From Coraliomargarita sp. (GTDB lineage Bacteria > Verrucomicrobiota > Verrucomicrobiia > Opitutales > Coraliomargaritaceae): DNA of 64,000 bases. A program made the translations under genes and the position numbers. Below, piece after piece: positions 38,268-50,742 of this stretch; positions within the stretch are counted from its first letter, which is position 1, and each line of letters begins with the position of its first letter. The notes below the pieces were generated by a model that ran no database searches, was not told the origin of the DNA, and was given only the letters and a program-made list of their open reading frames with translations. The DNA lies in contig OZ244160.1 of assembly GCA_965216325.1 (NCBI GenBank), forward strand, positions 992,001 through 1,056,000. Direction: 5' to 3'.

Positions 38268-40043
38268 TTACTCGTCAGCGAATGCGAGGTCTGGCTCGAA
38301 GGACAGTGCCAAGCGATACTGCATACCCGGGCGCATGATCAATGGGTGATCGCGCTCAAGGATTTGCAGGTAATGCATGTTGCCGTAGTAGGTGCGGTAT
38401 TCTGGATCCTGTGTGACTGTTTCCAGATCCTTCCATTCAGCTTGGAAGTCATCCTTCACCACGTTGGTGCGGTGACCTTCCTGACCGAGTGTGAAGGCGG
38501 TGCCTACACGATAGCGGCTGTGTGGAGATGCGATCGCGAGGATGTAACGCATACGGTCCAGCTGCACTTGCTGCTTCACTGTGAAGCAGAACTCACAGTT
38601 GAGCTTGTTGCCAGCGAAGGACCAAGTGACCTTACAGCTACCGAGACCATTGACGAATTGCTCGTCCTTGGTGATGAGCTCAGGCTGGTCGTATTTGAAA
38701 TTGAGCGAGTTGCGCAAACCCATACTTACGGTGCAATTCTTACCGTAGAAGGATGGAATGATCACCTTGTCGCCAAAAGTCAGCTCAGGGAGCATGATTG
38801 GCAGATACTTGTCGACCGGCCAGTCAAAGACACCCGGGGAGTGAGGGAAGGCGAGGTAGTCGGAAGTATTCTTACCCTTATTGCAACTACCAACCAGGGG
38901 AAGCTGGAGCGCGAGGCCGGAATTTGGATCCTGATATACGAACAGGCCTTGTTCCTTCTTGTGCGACTTATCAAAGTTGACGAAGCGTGCCACCTTGCGT
39001 GGTGAAACTGGCTGCGATGGCGCCGCACTGCCGCTGGTTGCGCGCGCAAGACGTGCCCACTGGCAAAGGTAACGAGCCGCGTCGAAGTTGGCCATACGTG
39101 TGGTATGGTATGGCACGGTGCTGCGCTCTTCGTCGCGGATTACGAGGTAACCGTGCTCTTGGTCGAGGTAGGTTACGAAGAAATTCATGAACATGCGGCG
39201 TACCGCGTCGGTGTAGACGTCACGTTGCGCATCGGTAATCCAGTCATCACGCAGGGCCTGGAGCACCAAGCTGATACAGTGCATTTGGCCGTAGGCGCCG
39301 ATTGAGCGCCCATAGGCAAAGGCGGTGCCGTCCTGACGAGCGAGCTCTGGGATCAACTTCAGATACTTCTCCGCGTGTGTGCGCAGCGATGGAAGCTTAC
39401 GGTCGCGGAGGTGCAGATTCGCGTGCAGCTGAAGCGCTTGGCGGATAAACACGAAGCTCATGACACCATAGACGTCGAATGCACCGCCGAGCTTGCCTTC
39501 GCCACTGATTGAGTCGTCGAAGTAGCCACCGGAAGACTTGGACTCAATGCGCTCGAGGAAACGGTCGATCAGACGGCCAGTTTCGTCCTTCTTGGAGAGG
39601 CCGAGGCTGAATCGAGTGACAGCCTTTGCGATGTTGAAGCCTTGGAAGTGGTCTTCGTAGTCGCTTCGCTCCAGTAGACGCTTGTCGAGTTGCTCGCGTG
39701 TTGGATCGAGCAGGCGCTCCCAAACTTGGTTGCGGTCCTTGGCCGGACCAAAGGAAAGGAGGCCGAGAGCTGAGTAGGCGATGCCATTCTCATACTCTTC
39801 TTCAGTAAACGCTTGAGCAGTCACACAACGAGCGGCGAGGTCGACCAAGTCGTAGTCTCCGAGCTTCTCTTCGTTGGTTACGCGATAGTATTCGCCAATC
39901 GCCAGTGCCGCGTGACCGGGCTCATCGAGTCGGGATTCTTCACCTGCAACCGGGGAAATCGTTCCCTGTTCACTGATGGATTCTAAATTATGACCCAGGA
40001 TGGATTGGGCCATGTCGAGGCACTGATCTGCGAAGTTTTCCAT
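38268..40043 (-). CDS. Hypothetical protein, probable alpha/alpha-toroid N-domain + beta C-domain
   Basis: 591 aa with strong codon bias and no signal peptide; helical N-half with YGRSIG motif, beta-rich C-half. Confidence 0.8.
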   Translation of the reverse strand: MENFADQCLDMAQSILGHNLESISEQGTISPVAGEESRLDEPGHAALAIGEYYRVTNEEKLGDYDLVDLAARCVTAQAFTEEEYENGIAYSALGLLSFGPAKDRNQVWERLLDPTREQLDKRLLERSDYEDHFQGFNIAKAVTRFSLGLSKKDETGRLIDRFLERIESKSSGGYFDDSISGEGKLGGAFDVYGVMSFVFIRQALQLHANLHLRDRKLPSLRTHAEKYLKLIPELARQDGTAFAYGRSIGAYGQMHCISLVLQALRDDWITDAQRDVYTDAVRRMFMNFFVTYLDQEHGYLVIRDEERSTVPYHTTRMANFDAARYLCQWARLARATSGSAAPSQPVSPRKVARFVNFDKSHKKEQGLFVYQDPNSGLALQLPLVGSCNKGKNTSDYLAFPHSPGVFDWPVDKYLPIMLPELTFGDKVIIPSFYGKNCTVSMGLRNSLNFKYDQPELITKDEQFVNGLGSCKVTWSFAGNKLNCEFCFTVKQQVQLDRMRYILAIASPHSRYRVGTAFTLGQEGHRTNVVKDDFQAEWKDLETVTQDPEYRTYYGNMHYLQILERDHPLIMRPGMQYRLALSFEPDLAFADE

Positions 40044-40299
40044 TATGTGTGTAAACGCCTTCTAATAAGGCAAAGAACGGGCTTTGATGGTCTTCGAGCT
40101 AAGCCTTGTCAACTGCTTTTGGGATGAGTTTGCCACCTTTCTTGCAAGGGGCAGCAACCATATCTAATAATTGCGTTTTTGTAACAAGGAAAGGTTGACC
40201 CGCGGCACGATGTCTCCCTTTTTTTTGTTAATACCTACCATAAGAAGGCCTATCCTCTAATCTCCTGTCTCACTACTAACCCTACAATAATAAAAGACC

Positions 40300-42264
<1,965 letters not shown>

Positions 42265-42292
42265 TTTACCCCATTACACATCATATGATGTC

Positions 42293-42330
42293 GAGCGCTC
42301 CATCTCAATCGGGTGGGGCGCTTCCTTTTT
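42293..42330 (+). terminator. Probable Rho-independent terminator
   Basis: GAGCGCTCCATC...GGTGGGGCGCTT followed by a T-run. Confidence 0.65.
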
Positions 42331-42394
42331 GCCTCAAGAATAATGCGTTGCAGGCTAGACAAACGCGATAAGGACCGCAATATCCGCAAGCTTT

Positions 42395-43261
42395 ATGAAA
42401 ATTTATCTCAATGATAAGCTAGTTGATCAGAGCGAAGCAACGGTATCAGTTTTTGACCACGGCCTCTTGTATGGAGACGGCATTTTTGAGGGAATTCGCC
42501 TCTACGATGGTTGCGTGTTCAAGTTGGACGAGCACTTAGAGCGCCTCGAATACTCAGCGAAGGCGATCATGCTTAAAATGCCATGGTCTCGTCAGGAGAT
42601 TGCCGATGCGGTCTGCGAAACTTGCCGTGCAAATGGCCTTAAAGACGGATACATTCGCCTCGTGGTCACGCGCGGCGTCGGAAGCCTGGGCCTCTCGATT
42701 AAGAACTGCGATGCACCACAGCTCATCATCATTGCCGACAAGATCCAGCTCTACCCAGAGGAGTTCTATGAGAATGGCTTGAAGATCATCACTGTTCCGA
42801 CACGTCGTTGCAACCCGGCTGCGTTGCCACCGACAGTCAAGTCGCTAAACTACCTGAACAACATTCTCGCTAAGATCGAGGCGCAGCACCTTGGTTATCA
42901 CGAAGCGATCATGCTCAATGACCAAGGCTACATTGCCGAGTGCACCGGCGACAATGTATTCGTTATCCATAAGGGCGAACTCATCACACCGTCCGCATCT
43001 GCGGGTGCACTGAAGGGGATCACCCGTGATACAGCTTTAGCGATTGCTGAGGAGCTCGGTATTCCATGGCGCGAGGCGAATCTCACACGTTACGATGTGT
43101 GGGTGGCTGACGAACTCTTTCTTACAGGTACTGCTGCGGAAATCGTCCCGATCATTGAAGTTGACGCGCGTCCGATTGGCGACGGCAAGCCAGGCCCAAT
43201 AACTGGTAAATTCCTCGAATATTTCCGCAAGCGCGTCGTCACTGACGGTGTTATGCTGTAA
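42395..43261 (+). CDS. ilvE: Branched-chain amino acid aminotransferase
   Basis: DHGLLYGDGIFEG, YIRLVVTRG, KSLNYLNN, ECTGDN, LKGITR, LTGTAAE. Confidence 0.95.
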   Translation: MKIYLNDKLVDQSEATVSVFDHGLLYGDGIFEGIRLYDGCVFKLDEHLERLEYSAKAIMLKMPWSRQEIADAVCETCRANGLKDGYIRLVVTRGVGSLGLSIKNCDAPQLIIIADKIQLYPEEFYENGLKIITVPTRRCNPAALPPTVKSLNYLNNILAKIEAQHLGYHEAIMLNDQGYIAECTGDNVFVIHKGELITPSASAGALKGITRDTALAIAEELGIPWREANLTRYDVWVADELFLTGTAAEIVPIIEVDARPIGDGKPGPITGKFLEYFRKRVVTDGVML

Positions 43262-43290
43262 TCAATTTAGCTGAAATTCATTCACTTTCG

Positions 43291-43326
43291 TGATCCCGTT
43301 CACCTCTGTGTGGCGGGATCATTTTA
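43291..43326 (+). terminator. Probable terminator after ilvE
   Basis: TGATCCCG...CGGGATCA-TTTT. Confidence 0.65.
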
Positions 43327-43329
43327 TGT

Positions 43330-43346
43330 TTGGCACGCAAATTGCA
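43330..43346 (+). promoter_or_regulatory. Sigma-54 (RpoN) -24/-12 promoter
   Basis: TTGGCACGCAAATTGCA matches TGGCACG-N4-TTGC with exact GG-N10-GC spacing, about 100 nt upstream of mcsA. Confidence 0.75.
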
Positions 43347-43448
43347 AATAGCTGTCAAAAATGGATGAACTTTTACTGAAACTTATGCCCAAAATGCATT
43401 TTGGTCTTTGGTTTTGCGCTCCGATACGACATTTATACCTTTATACAT

Positions 43449-43970
43449 ATGGCTGAAAAACTTAAATGCAGTCTCTGCGGCAAGGAAGCGACCGTCCACC
43501 TGACGCAGATCATTAACAATAAGATCCACAAAGTAGACCTCTGCGAAGAATGCGCCCAGCAAAAGGGCGTCACGGACCCCGAAGGTTTCGCACTGGCTGA
43601 GTTGTTGGAAAAATCGAATTTTACCCCCCAAAAAATGGATGACGAACAGCTGACTTGTCCCTCCTGTGGTTACGAAACTGCCGACTTTCGCCGCACTGGC
43701 CGCGTCGGATGCGCCACTTGTTATGAGGTCTTCGAGTCACAAGTTCGCCCGGTTCTGGAGGATATGCACGCTGGCACGGCGCACAACGGTAAGGTCCCCG
43801 AACTAGCCATGGAGCGTCAATGCAGTAAAGTGAAGCTACGCAAGCTCAAGGACACACTGGTACGTGCAATCGCAGAGGAAGCCTACGAAGAAGCCGCTAA
43901 GATCCGTGATGAGATCCATGCGCTAGAAGAGGCCAAAGCTGCGGCTGAAATGGAGATTTCCCTACAATAA
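43449..43970 (+). CDS. mcsA: McsA, protein-arginine kinase activator (CxxC pairs + UVR domain)
   Basis: CSLC, LCEECA, CPSCG, GRVGCATCY, HNGKVP, EAYEEAAKIRDEI; ATG at 43449. Confidence 0.93.
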   Translation: MAEKLKCSLCGKEATVHLTQIINNKIHKVDLCEECAQQKGVTDPEGFALAELLEKSNFTPQKMDDEQLTCPSCGYETADFRRTGRVGCATCYEVFESQVRPVLEDMHAGTAHNGKVPELAMERQCSKVKLRKLKDTLVRAIAEEAYEEAAKIRDEIHALEEAKAAAEMEISLQ

Positions 43971-45058
43971 TGATTGAATCCCTGATCAAATCGAGCGGCG
44001 CCGAACTGACCCAACAACGAAAGAAAGCGGCGCCGGTAGTGCTGAGCACCCGCATCCGATTGGCGCGTAACTTGGCGAGTCAACCTTTCCCTGAGCGTGC
44101 CAATGCGACACAGCGCAGTGACGTTTTGTCCAAGTGCCAGGAGTTGATTGGTAACATCCCGACGATGGATAAGGGCTCTTTTTTTGAAATTGAGCAGCTT
44201 TCTGATCTCGAGAAGCAGACTCTGGTGGAGCGGCACCTGATCAGCCGTGAACTTTGCGAAGGTTCGCAAGGGGCGGGTGTCTACATTAAGAAAGACCAGA
44301 GCTGTGCGGTGATGATCAACGAGGAGGACCACCTGCGCATCCAAATACTCAAGTCCGGCTTCAACTTGAAGTCTGCCTGGAAGCAGATTGATGCCTTCGA
44401 CTCCGAGTTGGAGAAATCTTTCGATGTCGCATTCTCGCCTGAATTTGGTTACCTGACTGCGTGTCCGACCAACCTCGGCACCGGCCTACGCGCATCGGTT
44501 ATGATGCATTTGCCAGGCTTGGTCGTTGCAGAGCAAATGGAGCGAGTAGTGCGTGCCGTCAACCAGCTGGGTATTACCGTTCGCGGTCTCTTTGGTGAAG
44601 GGTCGGATGCGACCGGTCACATTTTTCAGATTTCCAATCAGCAAACGCTCGGCGAATCCGAGGAAGAAATTGTTGATCGACTAGGCAACGTGCTCAAGAC
44701 GATCATCGATCACGAACTGAATGCGCGCTTCAAATATCTCGAAGAAAACACCACCCAGCTGTTCGACAAAATAGGCCGTGCCTACGGTGTCTTGCAGAAT
44801 GTCCACGTGCTGAATTCGAATGAGGCAATGAACTTGCTGTCATTGGTGCGACTCGCGGTCGATTTCGGCATGCTTCCAGAGGCTGCTCGTGGCACTGTGG
44901 ATCGCCTTTTCATTGAGTGCCAGCCTGGCCACGTTCAGTTTGCTGCCCAAGCCGGCATTGAGCCCGAAGCTCGCGACATCGCCCGCGCGGAACATATCCG
45001 TAAGGAATTCAGTCAGATGGGTGTTCTATCCTTTGACAAGATTGGCGATCAGGAATAA
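43970..45058 (+). CDS. mcsB: Protein arginine kinase
   Basis: STRIRLARN, INEEDHLRIQ, YLTACPTNLGTGLRASVMMHLP, VRGLFGEGS, QISNQQTLG. Confidence 0.95.
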   Translation: MIESLIKSSGAELTQQRKKAAPVVLSTRIRLARNLASQPFPERANATQRSDVLSKCQELIGNIPTMDKGSFFEIEQLSDLEKQTLVERHLISRELCEGSQGAGVYIKKDQSCAVMINEEDHLRIQILKSGFNLKSAWKQIDAFDSELEKSFDVAFSPEFGYLTACPTNLGTGLRASVMMHLPGLVVAEQMERVVRAVNQLGITVRGLFGEGSDATGHIFQISNQQTLGESEEEIVDRLGNVLKTIIDHELNARFKYLEENTTQLFDKIGRAYGVLQNVHVLNSNEAMNLLSLVRLAVDFGMLPEAARGTVDRLFIECQPGHVQFAAQAGIEPEARDIARAEHIRKEFSQMGVLSFDKIGDQE

Positions 45059-45085
45059 AAAACTCACAGTTTACTTACACACTAT

Positions 45086-47566
45086 ATGGAACCTATGAAT
45101 AACTTCACCCCACGCGCACAGCAGGTTTTGGCACTCGCCCGAAAGGAGGCCGATCGTTTTCACCATAACTATGTGGGGACGGAGCACCTGTTGTTGGGCC
45201 TGATCAATCTCGGTCAGGGCGTGGCGGTCAATGTGCTCCAAAAGATGGGACTCGACCTGCAGACCGTACGCTCCGCAGTCGAGAAGCAGGTGGGCACTGG
45301 CCCGGAGAGTAAACCATCCGGCAACATTCCTTACACTCCGCGAGTTAAGAAGGTGCTGGCACTCGCAGGTAAAGAGGCCAAGGCACTGAATCACTCTTAT
45401 GTCGGCACCGAACATATACTTTTAGGCCTTCTACGTGAAGGCGAGGGTGTTGCCGCCCGCGTGCTCAAGTCTCTTGATGTCGACATCGAGCGCTGCCGTA
45501 ACGAAATCCTTTCTGAACTCGATCCAAACTTCTCCGGCGAACCTGAAGAAGCCTCAGCTGGCGGGCAAGGTGCACAAGAAGAGAAGAAGGATTCCAAGAC
45601 ACCGGCGTTGAAAGCCTTTGGGCGTGACCTTACTGAACTTGCCAAGAACGGCGAACTCGATCCGGTCATTGGTCGTAAGGACGAAATTCGCCGTGTCGTG
45701 CAGATTCTCTGCCGCCGCACCAAGAATAATCCGGTTCTAATCGGTGAGGCGGGTGTCGGTAAGACTGCCATCGTCGAAGGACTCGCACAAGAGATCGCAT
45801 CTGGTATCGTGCCAGAGATCCTGATCGACAAGCGCGTGATTACTTTGGACCTCGCGCTGATGGTTGCGGGCACCAAATACCGTGGTCAGTTCGAAGAGCG
45901 TATCAAAGCCGTCATGGATGAGATCCGTAAGGCCAAGAACGTGATCATCTTCATCGACGAACTGCACACCATCGTGGGCGCGGGCGCTGCGGAAGGTGCG
46001 ATGGACGCCTCTAATATTTTCAAGCCAGCGCTCAGCCGCGGCGAGCTTCAGTGCATCGGGGCGACTACACTCGCGGAATACCGTAAATACATCGAGAAGG
46101 ACAGCGCGCTGGACCGCCGCTTTCAGTCGGTGAAGGTAGATGCGCCATCAATCGAAGACACCATTTTGATCCTGAAGGGCATCCGCGGTAAATACGAAGA
46201 CCACCACAAGGTGATCTTTACCGACGACGCCCTCGAGGCCGCTGCCAAGCTTTCTGAGCGCTATATCACTTCACGCTTCTTACCGGACAAGGCGATCGAC
46301 ATACTCGACGAAGCCGGCGCTCGCGCACGCATCGAGTCACTCAAGCGTCCACCTGAGATCGACGCGATGAACGACACCATCGAGGAAGTCTGCGGCAAGA
46401 AGGAAGAAGCGATCAGCAAGCAGCACTTCGAAGAAGCTGCGAAATTCCGCGACGAAGAGAAGCAACTCCGCCAGAAGCAGGCCGATACCATTGAACAATG
46501 GAAAAAGGACCGCGAGGAGAACAAGCTCACCGTTGACGAAGAGGAAATGCTTCAAGTTGTGGCTGCATGGACCGGTATCCCGCTGTCTCGCATGGAAGAG
46601 AAGGAGAGCAAGAAACTGCTCCGCCTTGAGTCCGAGCTTCAGCGCGAAGTCATTGGTCAAAATATCGCGACTGAAGTGATTTCAAAGGCCCTGCGCCGTT
46701 CCCGTGCGGATCTCAAGGACCCTAAACGCCCGATCGGTTCCTTCATGTTCCTTGGGCCTACCGGTGTCGGTAAGACACTTCTGGCAAAGGTCCTCGCTGA
46801 GGAAATGTTCGGCGACAAGGATGCGATCATTCAAATCGACATGTCCGAGTACATGGAGAAGTTTGCGGTGTCTCGTCTCGTTGGCTCACCTCCGGGTTAT
46901 GTTGGTTACGAAGAGGGCGGTCAGCTCACTGAAGCGGTGCGCCGTAAGCCTTACTCTGTCGTGCTCTTTGATGAAATCGAAAAGGCACACCCGGACGTCG
47001 TGCAGCTCCTCCTTCAGGTGCTCGAAGAGGGGCGTCTGACTGATAGCCTCGGACGTAAGGTCGACTTCCGTAATACCATCCTGATCATGACCTCGAATGT
47101 TGGTGCAGACATCCTGCAGCGTAACACATCGATGGGCTTCGGGATCGAGAGCGACGCCGAGAACGAATACGAAAAGATTCGTGAAAAGATCCTAGATGAG
47201 ACCAAGCGCGTCTTTAAGCCTGAATTCCTAAACCGCCTCAACGATCTGGTGATCTTCAAGTCGCTTGCTCGCGAGGATATGGAATCGATCGTCGAGCTGG
47301 AGCTCCGCAATGTCACTGACCGCCTGAAGGAGCGCGAGTTGATCTTCGAGTTCTCAGACGAAGCCAAGGCATTTCTCATCGAAAAGGGCTACGATGAAAA
47401 GTATGGCGCACGCCCACTGCGTCGTGCGGTTGAAAAGTATCTCGAAGATGCCTTAGCTGAAGCGATCCTTGGCGGTGAAATCAAGGCTGGTGAGACGATC
47501 AAGGTTGGGGTCAACGAAGATGGCAAGGCGTTAAAATTTGAGCAGGAACAAGCGGTCTCGGGTTAA
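45086..47566 (+). CDS. clpC: ATP-dependent Clp protease ATPase subunit ClpC
   Basis: Duplicated Clp N-repeats, two AAA modules ([16 protein letters not shown]), UVR middle domain, ClpP-docking MGF loop. Confidence 0.97.
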   Translation: MEPMNNFTPRAQQVLALARKEADRFHHNYVGTEHLLLGLINLGQGVAVNVLQKMGLDLQTVRSAVEKQVGTGPESKPSGNIPYTPRVKKVLALAGKEAKALNHSYVGTEHILLGLLREGEGVAARVLKSLDVDIERCRNEILSELDPNFSGEPEEASAGGQGAQEEKKDSKTPALKAFGRDLTELAKNGELDPVIGRKDEIRRVVQILCRRTKNNPVLIGEAGVGKTAIVEGLAQEIASGIVPEILIDKRVITLDLALMVAGTKYRGQFEERIKAVMDEIRKAKNVIIFIDELHTIVGAGAAEGAMDASNIFKPALSRGELQCIGATTLAEYRKYIEKDSALDRRFQSVKVDAPSIEDTILILKGIRGKYEDHHKVIFTDDALEAAAKLSERYITSRFLPDKAIDILDEAGARARIESLKRPPEIDAMNDTIEEVCGKKEEAISKQHFEEAAKFRDEEKQLRQKQADTIEQWKKDREENKLTVDEEEMLQVVAAWTGIPLSRMEEKESKKLLRLESELQREVIGQNIATEVISKALRRSRADLKDPKRPIGSFMFLGPTGVGKTLLAKVLAEEMFGDKDAIIQIDMSEYMEKFAVSRLVGSPPGYVGYEEGGQLTEAVRRKPYSVVLFDEIEKAHPDVVQLLLQVLEEGRLTDSLGRKVDFRNTILIMTSNVGADILQRNTSMGFGIESDAENEYEKIREKILDETKRVFKPEFLNRLNDLVIFKSLAREDMESIVELELRNVTDRLKERELIFEFSDEAKAFLIEKGYDEKYGARPLRRAVEKYLEDALAEAILGGEIKAGETIKVGVNEDGKALKFEQEQAVSG

Positions 47567-47594
47567 ATTAGCTGTACTCTCCGATTTATAACTT

Positions 47595-47628
47595 AAAGGC
47601 CACCCGACTAATTTAGGGTGGCCTTTTT
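47595..47628 (+). terminator. Rho-independent terminator after clpC
   Basis: AAAGGCCACCC...GGGTGGCC-TTTTT. Confidence 0.88.
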
Positions 47629-47784
47629 GCTTAGGTCCTCGGGTGCGTGAGGTGCAGGAAAAATGACTGCAGTGAACTAATTGCACAATCCGCGTTGCTT
47701 TACAGCCATACACCAACAATATATTAAGAGAGCACAGTAAAATTGCACCACTCTTATCGTGCAACTCACTTATCAACCCGAATC

Positions 47785-48261
47785 ATGATGAATCGCCTTA
47801 TACACTTTTTTGCCACATTTACATTCAGCTCAGCCCTGCTCCTGTTCGTACCTGGCTGCGAGACTTCCAGCCAAGGAAGTAAAACGTATACACGTGGGCA
47901 GGCTCAGCAGCAGATGGATGTCTACACCGGCACAGTTCTAAACGTAGCTCAAGTTACCATTGAGCCAGAGACGACAGGTGGAGGTGCTGCAGTCGGGGGT
48001 ATTGCCGGCGGGGTGGTTGGTTCTACTGTTGGAAGTGGAAGCGGGCGCAAATTAGCCACACTTGGTGGTGCGCTTGCCGGTTCTGCAATTGGTTCCAGAG
48101 CCGAGCAGCAAACTCGGACAAAGGCTGGCCTTGAGTTGGAAGTTGAGCTAGACGATGGCCGAATTATCGTTGTTGTGCAAGAAGAGGACGATGTATTTGC
48201 AGTAGGAGACCGCGTTCGGGTTGTGGTCGATAGTCGAGGAGTGTCGCGTGTCCGTCAGTAA
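47785..48261 (+). CDS. Glycine-zipper outer membrane lipoprotein (SlyB/Pcp-like)
   Basis: Lipobox VPGC; GAAVGGIAGGVVGSTVGSGSG...GGALAGSAIG; VELDDG..VVQ..F.VGDRV. Confidence 0.9.
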   Translation: MMNRLIHFFATFTFSSALLLFVPGCETSSQGSKTYTRGQAQQQMDVYTGTVLNVAQVTIEPETTGGGAAVGGIAGGVVGSTVGSGSGRKLATLGGALAGSAIGSRAEQQTRTKAGLELEVELDDGRIIVVVQEEDDVFAVGDRVRVVVDSRGVSRVRQ

Positions 48262-48293
48262 GGCGTCACGGCATTTGTGCGTTCGGATGGCAA

Positions 48294-48965
48294 TTGTTTA
48301 CCGGCGTGACGATTAGCGAATTCCAGTATCAGGTATATTGGTCATTCATCGCGAGTTTCCTGATCTTAGGCTTCTCTGGGGTGATGTTGTTGCGAAATTC
48401 ATTGCGGTATCGCCCACGCGAGCTCGCGATGTTTGCGCGCGGGGCTGGCTGGCTCTGTTGTTGCCTCTCGTTCCACGGTTTTTTTACGACATACTTGTAT
48501 GTTAGCTTTCTTCGAGGGGAGGGTGCGCAGTTACCACTGCCAGCAGCTGTCTCGATTTGGGTGCTGTCAGCTCCTTGGCTGATCCTGCGCCTGAGGTTAT
48601 TAAGACTTTCTGAGCGCACGGCACACCTCAAGTTGTGGGGGCTAGGTTACGCCGCTAGCTATCTCTTAGGGCTAGTTAGTTGTGCCCCCAGTTTACCTAC
48701 AGCTAGAGCTCTTGCTTGCGGACTGTGCGCCTCTATCCCTCCGCTCACCTCTCTCTTGGTTTTGCCGCGTTACTTTCAGGCTGGAAAGGTGCGCGTTGGC
48801 GTCACGGCAATTTTGTGTGGAATCGCAATGCCTGTTCTACTTCTGGTTGCTTACGCCTTCGGGGGCGGCGGTATCTTGCTGCAGTTGCTCCACAATGTTA
48901 CTGTCGTTTTGATTCCGCTAGTCATTCTTGTGTTTTGTTATACTATCAATCAGACAACTAGGTAG
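48294..48965 (+). CDS. 7-TM membrane protein resembling microbial rhodopsins but lacking the Schiff-base lysine
   Basis: Seven hydrophobic segments; WVLSAPWLI resembles helix C WLLTVPLLL; RALACGLCASIP resembles helix E; helix G has no Lys. The family call is by eye. Confidence 0.55.
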   Translation: MFTGVTISEFQYQVYWSFIASFLILGFSGVMLLRNSLRYRPRELAMFARGAGWLCCCLSFHGFFTTYLYVSFLRGEGAQLPLPAAVSIWVLSAPWLILRLRLLRLSERTAHLKLWGLGYAASYLLGLVSCAPSLPTARALACGLCASIPPLTSLLVLPRYFQAGKVRVGVTAILCGIAMPVLLLVAYAFGGGGILLQLLHNVTVVLIPLVILVFCYTINQTTR

Positions 48966-49207
48966 CTGTGCGCCAAAGACTAGGCGGGAATTTAACCCGA
49001 AATAAGGGCATTCCTCTAGCTTACTAGGGTGCAATTCACTTCACATGTCTGTTCTTGTGCTTTAATAAACTGTAAAAACACATAATTGGCCGCATTGGTT
49101 CTTTACCCAATAGCACAAAAACAGGCATAAAATGGGATTGCCGAGCCCGAAGGCATCAATTTCCTACTTTAGTTTTACATACCTTTAACCTACAGAACAC
49201 TTAGCTC

Positions 49208-49750
49208 ATGGCTGAAAAAGCAACACTACTGTCGAAGTTGCCACCAGTTGCAAAGAGTGGGAGCAATACGCAAGCAACCACTCCGAACACATCTCCTAAG
49301 CTGGCAAAAACTCAACCTGAACCCATCAGTCCCGCCCCGGCCACACAAACAACTGTTGCACCTGCTGCACCCGTTCAACAGGAGGCTGAAAGTTCCGGGG
49401 CTGGTCTTGTGATTGCTGGTTTAGTCGTTGGCTGTGCCGTCGTTGCGGCTGGAGTCTTTGTATTTCTTAAGAAAAAGAAGCCTGCAGTTGTGCCCTCTGG
49501 CTCCAGCGCACAACAGACTTCTGCGGCCACCGTAGCCCCTGTGGCAGAAGCAGCGACTGCTCCAGTAGCCGAGGCGCCCGCTCCAACCCAACCGGCGCAA
49601 CAGCCAGCGCCAGCGGTTGCGCCACAGCCTCCGCAGCCAGCAGTGAGTCGTGCCACTCCACCAGCCAAGCCAGCATCACGTATTGCGGAAGCCGCTCCGA
49701 ATGCTCCCGCAGGGCTCAAAGCGCCTAGCAAACCCAAAAAGCGCTTCTAG
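49208..49750 (+). CDS. Pro/Ala/Thr-rich single-pass membrane protein
   Basis: Low-complexity flanks around TM GLVIAGLVVGCAVVAAGVFVFL followed by KKKK; basic C-terminus KAPSKPKKRF. Confidence 0.8.
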   Translation: MAEKATLLSKLPPVAKSGSNTQATTPNTSPKLAKTQPEPISPAPATQTTVAPAAPVQQEAESSGAGLVIAGLVVGCAVVAAGVFVFLKKKKPAVVPSGSSAQQTSAATVAPVAEAATAPVAEAPAPTQPAQQPAPAVAPQPPQPAVSRATPPAKPASRIAEAAPNAPAGLKAPSKPKKRF

Positions 49751-49770
49751 AGATTATTTTCTAATAACAG

Positions 49771-50682
<912 letters not shown>

Positions 50683-50742
50683 TGACCATAACCCTTTCCA
50701 TATAAACGAACTTTAAAAACAAACCCATAACCGTAATTAACC

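Noticed and set aside
40130..40146. TTGCCACCTTTCTTGCA upstream of acs, resembling a -24/-12 promoter
   Set aside because: The invariant GG dinucleotide is absent (GC instead).
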